This document shows positions 14,381 through 30,230 of a stretch of 64,000 nt of DNA, one piece after another. The notes beneath the pieces are model-generated. The model was not told the origin of the DNA and did no database searches. It saw nothing but the letters and a program-made list of their open reading frames with translations. Position 1 is the stretch's first letter; every line of letters begins with the position of its first letter. Source of the DNA: the human T2T-CHM13v2.0 reference genome, Homo sapiens; NCBI RefSeq assembly GCF_009914755.1, contig NC_060947.1. One strand, written 5' to 3'. Made by a program: the position numbers and the translations under genes.

Positions 14381-15358
14381 TATTTTAAAACTGATAGTTA
14401 TTCTACCTTAGAACACATGGCCACAGGACAAAATTCCAATTTATTAACATTCTATTTCTAGTTTACACACTAGAAATAGGACTTCACCTTGGATGAGCTG
14501 TATATCCTAGATGCATTTGTATAATCTTGTTAATCCATTGTAAGCCTTTGTATCTCCTGTAAAATGAAAATATTATTATATCTTAAGTAGTAACAGTCTA
14601 CTTCCATCAACAGTAAAATACTTAGAGGGTGAACTCAAATGTGATATCAACAGTGTAAACACTTTAGCCATGAATACTGTATGAGTTTTGGCTTCATAAT
14701 GAACATTCATTAAACTTGAATTATTTATTCATAATCTACACTTCTTCTATGCAAGACTTTCAGATTTTAGTTCAATTTCTTATGCAGCCCATAAATGAGC
14801 AGATTTGTAAATCATTGCTATTTGATGACTTTCAATTTTTAAACACTTTTCCCAACATAGGATAGAATTGAAGAGATGTAAATATGTGAATAAAACATGC
14901 CAGTGACTAAATGGTGTAACTTCTTTTAAGTCAATCTTTTCTGCTTAGTTTTTTAGAATGAGGATATTTTCTCTGTTGCGAAACAAAATATAGCAATAAT
15001 GTGATCAAATAGTCTTATAGTAGTGCTTGCTTTGTGCTAAATAGTAAATCATTTAAATACAATTTTGAAGCCAAAACAATGCTTTCTAGTTCTGATAAAA
15101 TCAAACTGACAATATAAGCTTAACTGAGCAAATGGTAAGCTGTCTCTCAGAGATTATAAAAATAATATCACTAACTTCTCATCTTTCTCCATCATATGAT
15201 GAAAATAAACACCAAGATACCTTTAAGTAAAATGTAAGTTTATACATCTTAAATAAAACATTGTGGCTGCACTTGAAAAATGATAGTCTTTTGTTTATAA
15301 GAAAGAAACATAAAGGAATACAAACTAATTTCACCACTTAAAAGAATAGATAAAATAT

Positions 15359-15925
15359 TGTGGCGATTCCTCAATGATCTAGAAGCAGAAATACTATTTG
15401 ACACAGCAATCCCATTACTGGGTATATACCCAAAGGATTATAAATCATTCTACTATAAAGACACATGCACATGTATGTTTATTGCAGCACTGTTCACAAT
15501 AGAAAGGACTTGGAACCAACCCAAATGCCTATCAATGATTGACTGGATAAAGAAAATGTGGCACATATATACCATGGAATACTATGCAGCCATAAAAAAC
15601 GATGAGCTCGTGTCCTTTGCAGAGACATGGATGAAGAAGGAAAGCATTATTCTCAGAAAAACTAACACAGGAACAGAAAACCAAATACCACATGTTCTCA
15701 CTCATAAGTGGGAGTTGAACAATGAGAACACATGGACACAGGAAGGGGAACATCACACACCGGGGCCTGTCGAGAGGTGGGGGGCTAGTGGAGGGATAAC
15801 TTATGAGAAATACCTAATGTAGATGACGGGTTGATGGGTGCAGCAAACCACCATGGCACGTGTAAACCTACGTAACAAACCTGCACTTTCTGCACATGTA
15901 TCCCAGAACTTAAAAGTATAATTAA
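15359..15925 (+). mobile_element. 5'-truncated L1PA (about L1PA8)
   Basis: ORF2 C-terminus ([13 protein letters not shown]...[18 protein letters not shown]); 3' UTR GATGACGGGTTGATGGGTGCAGCAAACC; TSD-like TAAAATAT. Confidence 0.92.
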
Positions 15926-18724
15926 AATATATACATTTTTAATTATTTGAAAATAATAAACTCTATGGCATGTAATCTAACACTTAGATTTACATCTTTA
16001 GGCTCTGAAAACGTATAGCTTATTATTGGTTATAATTTCTCTATATTCAGTCTCATTTATTTTTGCATGTTTTACACAGCAGGGTGGGACTCTATACACA
16101 AGCCGTAAGACAGTATTTTATGCCAAGCTTTGTTTTGGGAAGAATGTTTCATGGCAACTACAATGAAAAACATAAATAAATGAAATTCCACCCTTCTAAC
16201 CATATTATGTGACTTCAAGTAACCCCGGGACTTACAGGAATTCCAAAGCTTACTTAGGGGGTTAGAGGCAATAGATATAGGATTCTAAAAGGGCAAATAT
16301 TACAAAGATTGCCCAATACAGACCAGAAACTGTTTCCACAGCTTCTACATCCCTACAAAAATTAACATTTTTATCTCCTTTCTCAGGAGAATGCTTAATA
16401 CAGTGGTCTTGGTAAATGACCAGTCACACATCTTAGAATCTACAGCTCTGAGGATGGAAAGGCAAAAATCTGTATAGCTCAAAATATTAAACACAGTTAT
16501 TTTACTTTGATCTATATTTATGTAAGCTTGAACATGGGTAAATGGCAATGTAATTGGTAGGAGATCTAACCAGAAATCTTACTGTTCAAGAAGAAGATTT
16601 CTTCTGAAATCCTTCGGGAAGATTTACTCAAATAGAGTGCCAAGGGAGGGGCTCATTGCAGATGTTGACAATTTTCCATTAAAATGCCTAAAAGGCCAGT
16701 TAAGTCAGTATTGTGTGAATTCGAATACTTTTAAAACAACAAAAAAATTGATACCTTGAAATGAACAATGGATCTATATATGAGCTTGCATATTTATGTG
16801 TGTATGCATATATACCTCCCATATTTATGCATATTCATATTTACATATGCATTTTTTATATTTAAGTATTGTTTCAATCACTTCTATTCCTTTTTAAAAA
16901 ATTTACATATCTATGAACTACAGTCAACTCAGCTTTGGACCAAAGCACATACCCTTTATTAATGCCTTCTACCAAAGTGATTTTTATACAATATTGCTAA
17001 AAAATTATTTCAAGCTGTAGTGTGAAGGAGTATTAAAGATATACCTATTTAAGGTAGGAAAAATATTTTAATTTCCTGTTTAAATGTTGTTTATGAGTCT
17101 TCAACTCACTCAAAAGGTCAATATTCTATTACTGCTTCTTATGTACACTTTTCAGACATTTTTCAAGCAAAACAGCTAGGGTTAAAAGTCTGTTACCTGA
17201 GTTTCTGGAGTTTTGATATTTAATAATTTAACCTATTCTATGTAGGCTACATATTCTCCATAAAAGTTTTATAATAGCCTACCTAGGTTACTGCAGTGAT
17301 CCGTAGAGCTCAGTATTCTGTTTTGGACAGTAACAGCTTTTTTAATTGTTAAAATTTTTACAAGGCTCAAGAATTAATGGTAACCAGCTACCTGAACTTA
17401 GCACCTACTTAATTTTGTAAGGCTTTCTATTCAAATTTGTGACTGCAATTTTCCATTTGACTAGTTTCTTTCTTTATTGTTATTTGAAGATCTATGTAAC
17501 TGTCATCCCTCTAAAGTTACAAGCCAATAACCAAGCACAGGTCTTTAAACATTTGTAAAAACAGAACAAATATACATATTACAATATACATAAAAAAAAT
17601 TGTCTATGGTATGCTTGATTGTAGCATAAATTTAGGTCCCTTATGGTTCATGATTATGAAAAAAGTCTTTTCTTTTATGCTTACACTAATAAAAAATAAA
17701 ACAAAATATAAAAAAGAGAACCCATAATACCACCTAAACCTAAAATTAAATTACCTTTGCCACCTAAAAAAATTCCCGGCAAAAAAAAAAACAAACAGGT
17801 AAACAAACTAAAATAATAAAAACAAAACATATGACCTCAATTTTTATAACCTACAAAGAGTTTCCACTAACTATATGGCTGAAAAAGCAGGAGTGAAAAC
17901 AACAATATCAATAAACTCTTTATGTATTACTACATGAAATAGAGAAGTGCTACCAATTTGTTGGAAGGGACATGACATGATCCATAAAAAGAGACAGTTG
18001 TACTAACTATCTTGCATCTGTATCAACCAGAAACTTGAATTGTGATTTTTAAATTGTAAATATACTATTTTGAAGAAACCAATTATTTTGCTCTTTCCCC
18101 ATATCTCTCTGTATTCATTTAAGAAATTGAATGTCAAGGAAAACTGACAAAAAAAGGGAAACAGGTAGAAGTATGGGAATGAAGGTGAAGGGAAATATAC
18201 GGATGGTGATAATTCATTGTGCATCGTATTTTAGAAGATGTAGTAATAGTAAATGAAACAATTCAGATGGAATAAAACAAAGAAAAATTTTGGTATCTCT
18301 TTATTCTAGTTATTATATTTTTTGTACATTCATAAGTTGAGGCTATCATTAAAGAAGATATTAAAGGTAAAATAATATTTCATTAGGGTACTGTAGAGCT
18401 TCACTGGATAAATTCTGGCTAAATAACAAAAATTGACCTAAGAAGTGAGCATATCAGTTGGATCTTGAGCCAAAGATCTGATAAGGGCACTCAATAAGAC
18501 TCTCAGTAAAAAGTGAATTGACCCAAGGGAAATTCTTGCACCTTCTATAGAAAGGTGGATAAAAATACCCTTATAGAACTTTTTCTATCAGAAGATTGAT
18601 AAGTTGATAGAAAAACAAAGGAGTTATCAAACAAAAACCAAAAATAAAACTAATAAAAACATTCCTCATCACAGACGGATCTATGAAAATGAATACAGAA
18701 GAATAAAAAAATATTATCAGGGTG

Positions 18725-19825
18725 ATTCACAGGAGTTTCTAAAAAATGTGCATTTCAGTTCCTGAAACATGAATATATGTTAGATTTTATGGCAAAGGAA
18801 AATTAAGATTGTGAATCAATTGACCTTAAAATAGGAGATTATCCTGTATTATCTTGTTAGGCTCAATGTAAACAAAATGGTCTTGAAATGTGGAAGTGGG
18901 AGGCAGAAGAGAAGTCAATGTCATACTGAGGCAGAAGCAAAGGAAAAATCAGTTAGGTAGATAGCTAAGGCTAGTCCTCAGAAAAGCAGCCTGCCTGAAA
19001 AATCTCAGCTACAGGCAAAAATTTAGCAGCCTGGGAAAACTCAGACTGCACCTGCACAGATAAGCAGGCAGGTTCCAGCACAGAAGCCTTTTGTTTTTTG
19101 TGTTATTAACGGGCTCCCAGGACAAAATTTTCTCTCCTTTTCAGACATGTTCATGGTGGGTTCTGTGGAAACTTGCATAAGGAGGAGGAGGTCTCACCTA
19201 AAACAAACCCACAGTTACACAAACAAGTGGCGCTTTGTGCTTTCCTAGAGATAAACCCACAGCTGCGTAAGAGGAGTTGTGCAGACAGCTTCACCGATAA
19301 GTTACTCAAACAGCTACAGAGATGAGAAGAGTTTCTCATAAAGTTTTTGGATTCAACTGTGTAAACGGCAACCCACTTGGGCTCCCCTCTCTACTGTGGA
19401 GAGCTTTCTTCCTTAGCTTATTGCACTTTTGTTCCAATATGACCCTTTGTGTCCATGCTCCTTAATTCTCTTGGTCATGAGACAACGAGCTTTTATAACA
19501 CCTTAGACAATCAGACCAGTGACCACTGACCTGTTTTAATAGTGATGCAATGGGAGAAAGACTCCATCTATTCATTAATATCTCTGAAGATGGAAGGAGA
19601 TGAGTAGCTGAGAAATTTGGGCAGCCTCTAGAAACTGAACAAGGCAAGGAAACAGATTGTCCTCTAGAACCTTCAAAATAGACAGCCAGAGTAAACCTTA
19701 ATTTTATCCCAGTAAAACTCATTTTGATCCTCTGACTCCCAGAGCTGTAGCAGAATACATTTACATTGTTTTAAGCCAATAAGTCTGTAGCAATTTTTTA
19801 CAGCAGGAATAGGAATCTAACATAG
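18725..19825 (+). mobile_element. MLT1D-like MaLR LTR split by an ERV1 LTR
   Basis: GACCTTAAAATAGGAGATTATCCTG...GGCAGCCTCTAGAAACTG...GGCAAGGAAACAGATT...TTGTTTTAAGCCA. Confidence 0.8.
18927..19538 (+). mobile_element. ERV1 solo LTR (LTR9-like)
   Basis: TGAGGCAG start; GGCAACCCACTTGGGCTCCCCTCTCTACTGTGGAGAGCTTTCTT; TGTGTCCATGCTCCTTAATTCTCTTGG; near-TSD ATAC/ATAG. Confidence 0.7.
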
Positions 19826-19899
19826 CATGTATTGGGGGGAATAAAGGAAATTTAAGTCCCCCCTTTATATATGTAACCAGTAAACTGAAGATGAATTAA

Positions 19900-21085
19900 C
19901 ATTTTTAATATTATAAAAATTGAAGTAAATACATTCTAATGCTAAATATTAAAATAGAGAAAATGAGATTAATGACTAATTGATCTTGAAATAGGTAAGA
20001 CATTTGTAAGTATTAAATCAGTTTTGACCTTATTAAATATTTTAGTAATAAAATTTCTTTGAACTAAGTCACAAAGAAAATAGCAAGGTAGAAAAACTAC
20101 TAGAAACAAATGTGAGAAGTGAGGGCAATATATTTTATATATAAAGGTTTATAATACATCAAAACGAACTCTTTACTCTCTAGAGAAACACATGCAAGGA
20201 ACATGAATTGACAATTAAAAAAGAAAATAAAATAATAAACATGAAATCAAGTTTTACTTTAAAAAGTAATGACAATAGAATATATAACATTGATTTAGAT
20301 GTTTGGATCTAGAATCAGAATGTATGCAATCTATCACAGCTTACCTAACCTTTCTTTGCTTCAATTTCTTCACCTCTAAGTGTTAACAATAATATTTTCA
20401 TGAAGTTAATGTCAGAAATGAATGAGTGAAACTATGCAAAGTGTTTATTAAAGTGTGTGGTGCACATGTAAACAATTAAACATTCTATTAACTGTTATTA
20501 ATTAAATAAATGCAATTAAAATGATATAGAAAAATTACACAATGTTGGCAAGGGGTTGAGAAATACATTCTCATCTACAGGTTTGGGGAATTTGATTGAT
20601 TAAGTCTTTGTGCAAATAAACGGACAACATGCACCAAATGTTTTACAAAGTGAAAAATTAAATAAAATATTATAACTCATTCATTAATATTATGTTTTCC
20701 TTAGAGTGTGAATGGATGAAAATAAAACACCATTGTGTACCCAGATAATGGAATGCTACACGGCAATTAAAAAGAACAAATTATTGATTCACAAAACAAC
20801 ACAGGTGGATCTCAAAATAATTATGCTGAGTTAAAGAAGGCAGTCACAAATATTATATACTCTGTGGTTTTATTTGTATGACATTCCACTCATATGTCAT
20901 TTCATTTATATGAAAAGCCAAACTATAAAGATGGATAATGTATCAGCGGTTTCCACGGCATAGAGTTGGGGGAAGGCTTTGCTACAAAGAGGCAGTATAA
21001 GGGAATACTTTTGAGTATTAGAATTTCTGGTATCCTGTTTGTGGTTGTGATTACAAGGATATATGTATGCATTAAAACTATAAAC
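19900..21085 (+). mobile_element. Old L1ME/MD 3' fragments with an embedded MIR (~20290-20500)
   Basis: ATGGAATGCTACACGGCAATTAAAAAGAAC...GGATCTCAAAATAATTATGCTGAG; MIR CTTCAATTTCTTCACCTCTAAG. Confidence 0.65.
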
Positions 21086-21086
21086 G

Positions 21087-21407
<321 letters not shown>

Positions 21408-21975
21408 TGGAGATTTCTTAAAAAACTAAATGTAGAACTACTATTTGATACAGCAATTCCACTACTGGCTATTTACCCAAAGAAAAATAAGTCATTATAT
21501 GAAAAAGTCATATATACACACGTTTATAGAAGCAGAATTAACCATTGCAAAACTATTAAACCAACCTAAATGCCCATCAACAAATGAGTGGACAAAGCAA
21601 ATGTGGTGTATATACAACTTGGAATACTACTCATCCATAAAATGGAACAAGTAATTGCCTTTGCAACAACTTGGATGGAGTTGCTGGCCATTATTCTAAG
21701 TAAAGTAACTCAGGAATGGAAAACCAAATATTGTATGTTCCCACTTATAAGTTGGAGCTAAGCTATGAGCACACAAAAGCATAAGAATAATATAATGGAC
21801 TTTGGAGGGGGGTGAGATAAAAGACTAAACATTGGGTACAATTGTATACTGCTCAGGTGATGGGTGCACCAAAATCTCAGAAATTACCACTAAACAACAT
21901 ATCCATGTAATAAAAGGTACAGGTGGTTACCTGTACCCCTAAAACTATCAAAATTAAAATAAAGAAAAACAAAAC
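21408..21975 (+). mobile_element. L1PB1-like 3' end
   Basis: GTAACTCAGGAATGGAAAACC...GGTGATGGGTGCACCAAAATCTCAGAAATTACCACTAAA. Confidence 0.88.
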
Positions 21976-24900
21976 AAAATGATGAAATAGAAGCAATTTG
22001 AATTTACTGCTTACCTTCCCCCAGAAAAGAAAAAACAAATATGCAGTGTAGGGATTATGACCAAATGCAACCCAGAACTCAAATATGAAGATGAAATAGT
22101 TCCCGGGGCCAGAGAAAAGCGAAAAAGCTTCAAATGGAGGGGAAGAAAATTGAACTTACACTCTGCAATATTCATCCCCACATTCTGCTCAACACCAAGC
22201 ACATGAAAATTTTTCCCCCAACTCACTATTTCTACAGTAGAAAAAGTGAGATTGACATGGACAATGAGCTTCCTCACAATCATGGGTTCCCTCTCAGGAG
22301 ACATGTCTCTACCTTAACCCAAAGGAAGCCTTGCAAGTACACAAAAAGATAAATATCCCTGAGGACTGGCAGAGACAAAGAACTACCATCCTCAGTCCTG
22401 GAAAGTATTATCTGTAACTCAGCCAAAGGAGATGCCAAACAGAGTGGCTGCTCAACAGCACCATGCTGTAGAAATTTTATCCCTCAGGGCCCCTGGGCAT
22501 GAACTCCTACCCAGCCTTCTCACACTGCTGGCATATTCCCTTTGGGCTCTCTCTCATTTGGGAAGGGCAGTGCTCCATTCATTTACTACAGGTTAGGTGA
22601 ACCTGGGCTTAAGTCACCACCTACAGCTGCAAAGTAGGCAGTGATCTCAGTGATCTAGTGATAAAGAACCTCTAAGAAAATGTATACAGTAAAATAGAAA
22701 ATAAACCAGACAGGAAAATTAGAATAAACAACTTATCTTTCATGGCTAAGATACAGAAGTACACCCACAAGAAACAACAGAAAACAGAGAAATATTTTTC
22801 CAAATTGGCAAAGCAAAGAACCAGTAACTAATCCTAACAAGACAGTGATATGTGAGCTCCCTCAACAATAATTCAAAATAGTAATTTTACAGAAATTTAG
22901 TGATCTTCAAGATAACACAGAAAAGCAATTCATTTACTGCTGAATTCTACCAATCATTTAAAGAAGAACTAATACCAATTCTACTCAAATTTTTTTAAAA
23001 ATTCAAGAGGAGAGACTACTTGCAAATTCACTATACAAGGCAAGAATTGCCCTGATATCAAAACCAGACAAGGACCTAACAAGAAAGAAAACTACAGGTT
23101 AATATAATCAATAAAAATAGATGCAAAAATTCTCAAAAAAATTACTAGCCAGCCTAACTCAACAACACACTAAAAAGATCATTCACCATAATCAGTGGAA
23201 TTCATCTTGGGGACACAAGGATGGTTGAACATACACAAATTGACAAGTATGAAACATCAGATTAACAGAACCAAGAACATAAACTATATTATCACTTCAA
23301 TAGATGCTGAAAAAGTATCAAACAAAATTCAACATCCTCTTTTGATAAAAATGCTAATCAGACTGGCTAAGAAAAAAGCATACCTGAAATAATAAGAGCT
23401 ATATATGACAAACCCACAGCTAATATCATATGGGACAGAGAAAAATTAAAGTCCTGTCATTGAAGATCTGAAACAAGACAAGGATACCCACTTTCACCAC
23501 TTTTATTCAGTATGGTACTACAAGTCCTGGCTAAAGCAATTATGCAAGAGAAGTAAATAAAGGCTGCCTATCCAAATTGGAAAGGAAGCAGTCAAATGAG
23601 CAGTGTTTACAGATTACATAATCTTATAATTATAAAAACCTAAAGATTCCATCAGAAAAACTGTTTGAAATGATAAACAAATTCAGTAAAGTTTCAGGAT
23701 ACAAAATCAACATACAAAAATCAGTAGGATATATTTATGCCAACAGCAAACAATCTGAAAAAAAAATGAAGAAAGCAATCCCAGTTACAGTAGTTACAAA
23801 GAATATAAAATACCTAGTAATAAATTTAACCAAATAACTGAAAAATCGATACAAGGAAAACTATAAAACACGGATGAAAGAAATCCAAGAGGATACAAAA
23901 AAGAAAAGATATTTCATGGTCATGAATGAAAAAAATTAATATTGTTAAAACGGCAATTTAACAATTTGCAGATTCAATGCAATCCCTATCAAAATACCAA
24001 TGACATTCCTTATAGAAAAAGAAAACAAATCCTAAAATTTGTATGAAAACACAAAATACCCAAAATAGCCAAAGCAATCTTGAGCAAAAAGGACAAAGCT
24101 GGAGGCAGCACACTACCTGAATTCAAGATTTACTACAAAGCTATAGTAACCAACTAGTACTGGCATAAAAACAGGCACATTGACCAATGGAACAAAATGG
24201 AGAACCTACATATAAATCCACAGTGAACTAATTTTCAACAAATGCACCAGGAACATACAGTAGGAAAGGGATGTTGTCTTCAGTAAATAGTGCTAGGAAA
24301 ACTGCATAACAAAAATCAAGTCAAAATATACTAAAGACTTAAATCTAAGGCTTGAACCTATGATACTACTAGAAAAAAACATTGGGGAAATGCTTTGGGA
24401 CATTGGTCTAGGCAAAACTTTTTGTAAGACCTCCCTCAAAAGCACAGACAATCAAAGCAGACATGGACAAATGGGACTACATGAAGCTAAAAAGGTTCTG
24501 CACATTAAAGAAAACAATCAGCAAAGTGAACAGACAACCTACAGAATGGAAGAAAATATTTGCAAACTACTTACCTAACGAGGGATTAATAATCAGAATG
24601 TATAAGAAGCTTAAAAAACTCAATAGCAAAAAAATCCACTTAAAATGAGCAAAATAAATGATCTCTTGACATTTCTCAAAAAAAAAAAAAGACATACAAA
24701 TGGCCAACAGGTCTATAAAAAATGCTAAACATTGCTAATCATCAGAGAAATGCAAATCAAAACTACAAGGAGATATCATCTCACCCCAATTAAATTGGCT
24801 TTTATCCAAAAGACAGGTAAAAATGAATGTTGGTGAGGATGTGGAGATAAGGGAAAGCTAATACACTATTGGTAGGAATGTAAATAGTATTGTTAGTATG

Positions 24901-25600
24901 CAGAAGAGTATGGAGAGTTCTCAAAAATCTAAAAATAGAAATAACGTACAATACAGCAATTTCACTACTGGGCATATATTCATGAAAAGAAAATCAATAT
25001 ATTGAAAAGACATCTTCGCTCTCATGTAAAGCACTATTTGCAATAGCCAAAATATAGAAATGACGTAAATACCTATCAAAGGAAGAAAGGATAAAGAAAG
25101 CATTGTACATATACACAAATTGTATTCGGCCATTAAAGGAATGAAATCCTAGTATTTGCAGCAAAATGGATGGAACTGAAGGTCATTATGTTAAATGAAA
25201 TAAGTCAAGCACAGAAAGACAAATATCACACATTTTTATACATATGTGGGTATAAAAGTGGTCATGAAAATAGAGAGTTGATTGGCAGTTACCAGAAGCC
25301 AGGGAGGGTAGTGGGTGAGGGGATGAAGACAAGTTGATTAATGGGTACAAATATGCAGTTTGAAGAAAGATTTAGTGTTAAAAGAACAGCAGGGTGAATA
25401 GAGTTTACAAAAGTCTAATGTATATTTCAAAATAGCTAAAAGAGAAGAACTCAAATGGTTCTAGCATAAAGAAAAGGCAAATATTCCAGACAACAGATAT
25501 CCCAAGTACACTGTTTTGATCTTTACAAATTATGTGAATATTAAATTATCACATGTACCCTATTACTATGTACATGTGTTATGCATCAATAAATAAAAGA
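21976..25600 (+). mobile_element. L1MA5-like element: 5' region and ORF1 start joined to mid-ORF2 through the 3' end
   Basis: ORF2 remnants (SIDAEK, MDKWDYMKLK); 3' UTR TTCTAGCATAAAGAAAAG...GATCTTTACAAATTAT; junction near 22932. The 5' part is less certain. Confidence 0.8.
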
Positions 25601-25684
25601 AGTAAAAGCACACAGAGCATTCACCAAGAAAGACCATATGCTGGGCTATAAAATAAGTCTTGATAAATTTTGAAAGACTCAAAT

Positions 25685-26365
25685 TTTGATTTTTGTATAT
25701 GCTGTAAGGAAGGGATCTGGTTTCAATCTTCTGCATATAGCTAGCTAGTTGTCTCAGCACCATTTATTGAATAGGGAGTCCTTTCCCCATTGCCTGTGTC
25801 AACTTTGTCAAAGATCAGATGGTTATAGGTGTGCAGCTTTATTTCTGGGCTCTCTATTCTTTTGCATTGGTTTATGTCTGTTTTTGTACCAGTACTATGC
25901 TGTTTTAGTTATTGTAGGCTTGTAATATAGTTTAAGGTCGGATAACATGATGCCTCCACCTTTGTTCTTTTTGCATAGGATTACCTTGGCTATTTGGGCT
26001 CTTTTTTGGTTCCATATGAATTTTAAAATAGTTTTTTCTAGCTCTGTGAAGAATGTCATTGATAGTTTGATAGGAATAGCATTGAATCTGTAATTTGCTT
26101 GGGCAGTATGGCCATTTTGACAATATTGATTTTCCAATTCATGAGTATGGAATGTTTTTCCCTTTGTTTGTGTCATCTCTGATTTCTTTCAGCAGTGTTT
26201 TGTAATTCTTGTGGTAGAGATCTTTCACCTCCCTGGTTAGTTGTATTCCTAGATATTTTATTGTTGTGGCTATTGTGAATGATATTGAATGCATGATTTG
26301 GCTCTCAGCTTGGACATTGTTGGTGTACCTGCACATGTATCCCTGAAACTGAAATAAAGGTTAAA
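25685..26365 (+). mobile_element. Older L1PA (about PA13-16) with 5' inversion
   Basis: Antisense ORF2 block 25685-26325 (ORFs 25895-26336 on -), then sense 3' tip ACCTGCACATGTATCCCTGAAACTGAAATAAAGGTTAAAA. Confidence 0.8.
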
Positions 26366-26691
26366 ATATAATAACATTATGAAATATTTGTAGTAAAAAT
26401 AGAACTGAAAAAATATTCTCTTGGTAAAGAGCTGATTAGAAATAAGTAACAGTAAAATATCTAGAAAATCTTTGAGTATTTGGACGGCAAGCAACAGCAT
26501 TCTCACTAACTTACTGGTCAAAACACATACGTATATGTAAAAGGGAAATTAGAAAAATGTTTAAATAAATTATAATTAAAACACAATGTTTCAATATTTG
26601 TATGTGCTTTTAGGGAATTGCTTTTAGGGAATTTGTAGTTTTAAGTACTTTTAGCATTGCTTTCAGGGAATGTGCAGTTTTAAGTATTTTT

Positions 26692-29858
<3,167 letters not shown>

Positions 29859-30092
29859 AGTTTTAAGTATTTTTAATAGTGCAGAGGAAAGGTTTAAAAT
29901 CAATTTCTACCTTAGCAAGCTAGAAAAAGCAGAACAAAATACATTTAAAATAATAGAAGAAAAAATAGAAAAGAGAAAGGCATAAATCAAAAGAATAAAG
30001 GTGATTAAGAAAAACTTTATGTCAAGATATTTGAAAAATTAAATGACATGAACAAATTATTTGAAAAACACAACTTTAAAAACCAACATAAT

Positions 30093-30230
30093 GAGCCCAA
30101 TCCATTTGCATGTGTCTGTAGTACCAGCTACTTGGGGACACAAGAAAGACGATCACTTGAGCCAAAGAATTTTATTTCTGCCTGGGCAACTCAGCAAGAC
30201 ATCATCTTTTAATGAACAATGAAAAAAAGC
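30093..30230 (+). mobile_element. Ancient Alu monomer (FLAM/FAM-like)
   Basis: TCTGTAGTACCAGCTACTTGGG...GATCACTTGAGCC...GCCTGGGCAAC; single arm only. Confidence 0.7.

Noticed and set aside
16254-16352. Candidate - strand exon (TTTTTGTAG ... GTAAGC/GTAAGT)
   Set aside because: Weak pyrimidine tract, stops in the frames read, no partner exons
26604-26690. Short direct repeats TGCTTTTAGGGAAT… resembling a repeat-spacer array
   Set aside because: Only 2-3 degenerate local duplications of old L1 sequence; not CRISPR-like, and the DNA is eukaryotic
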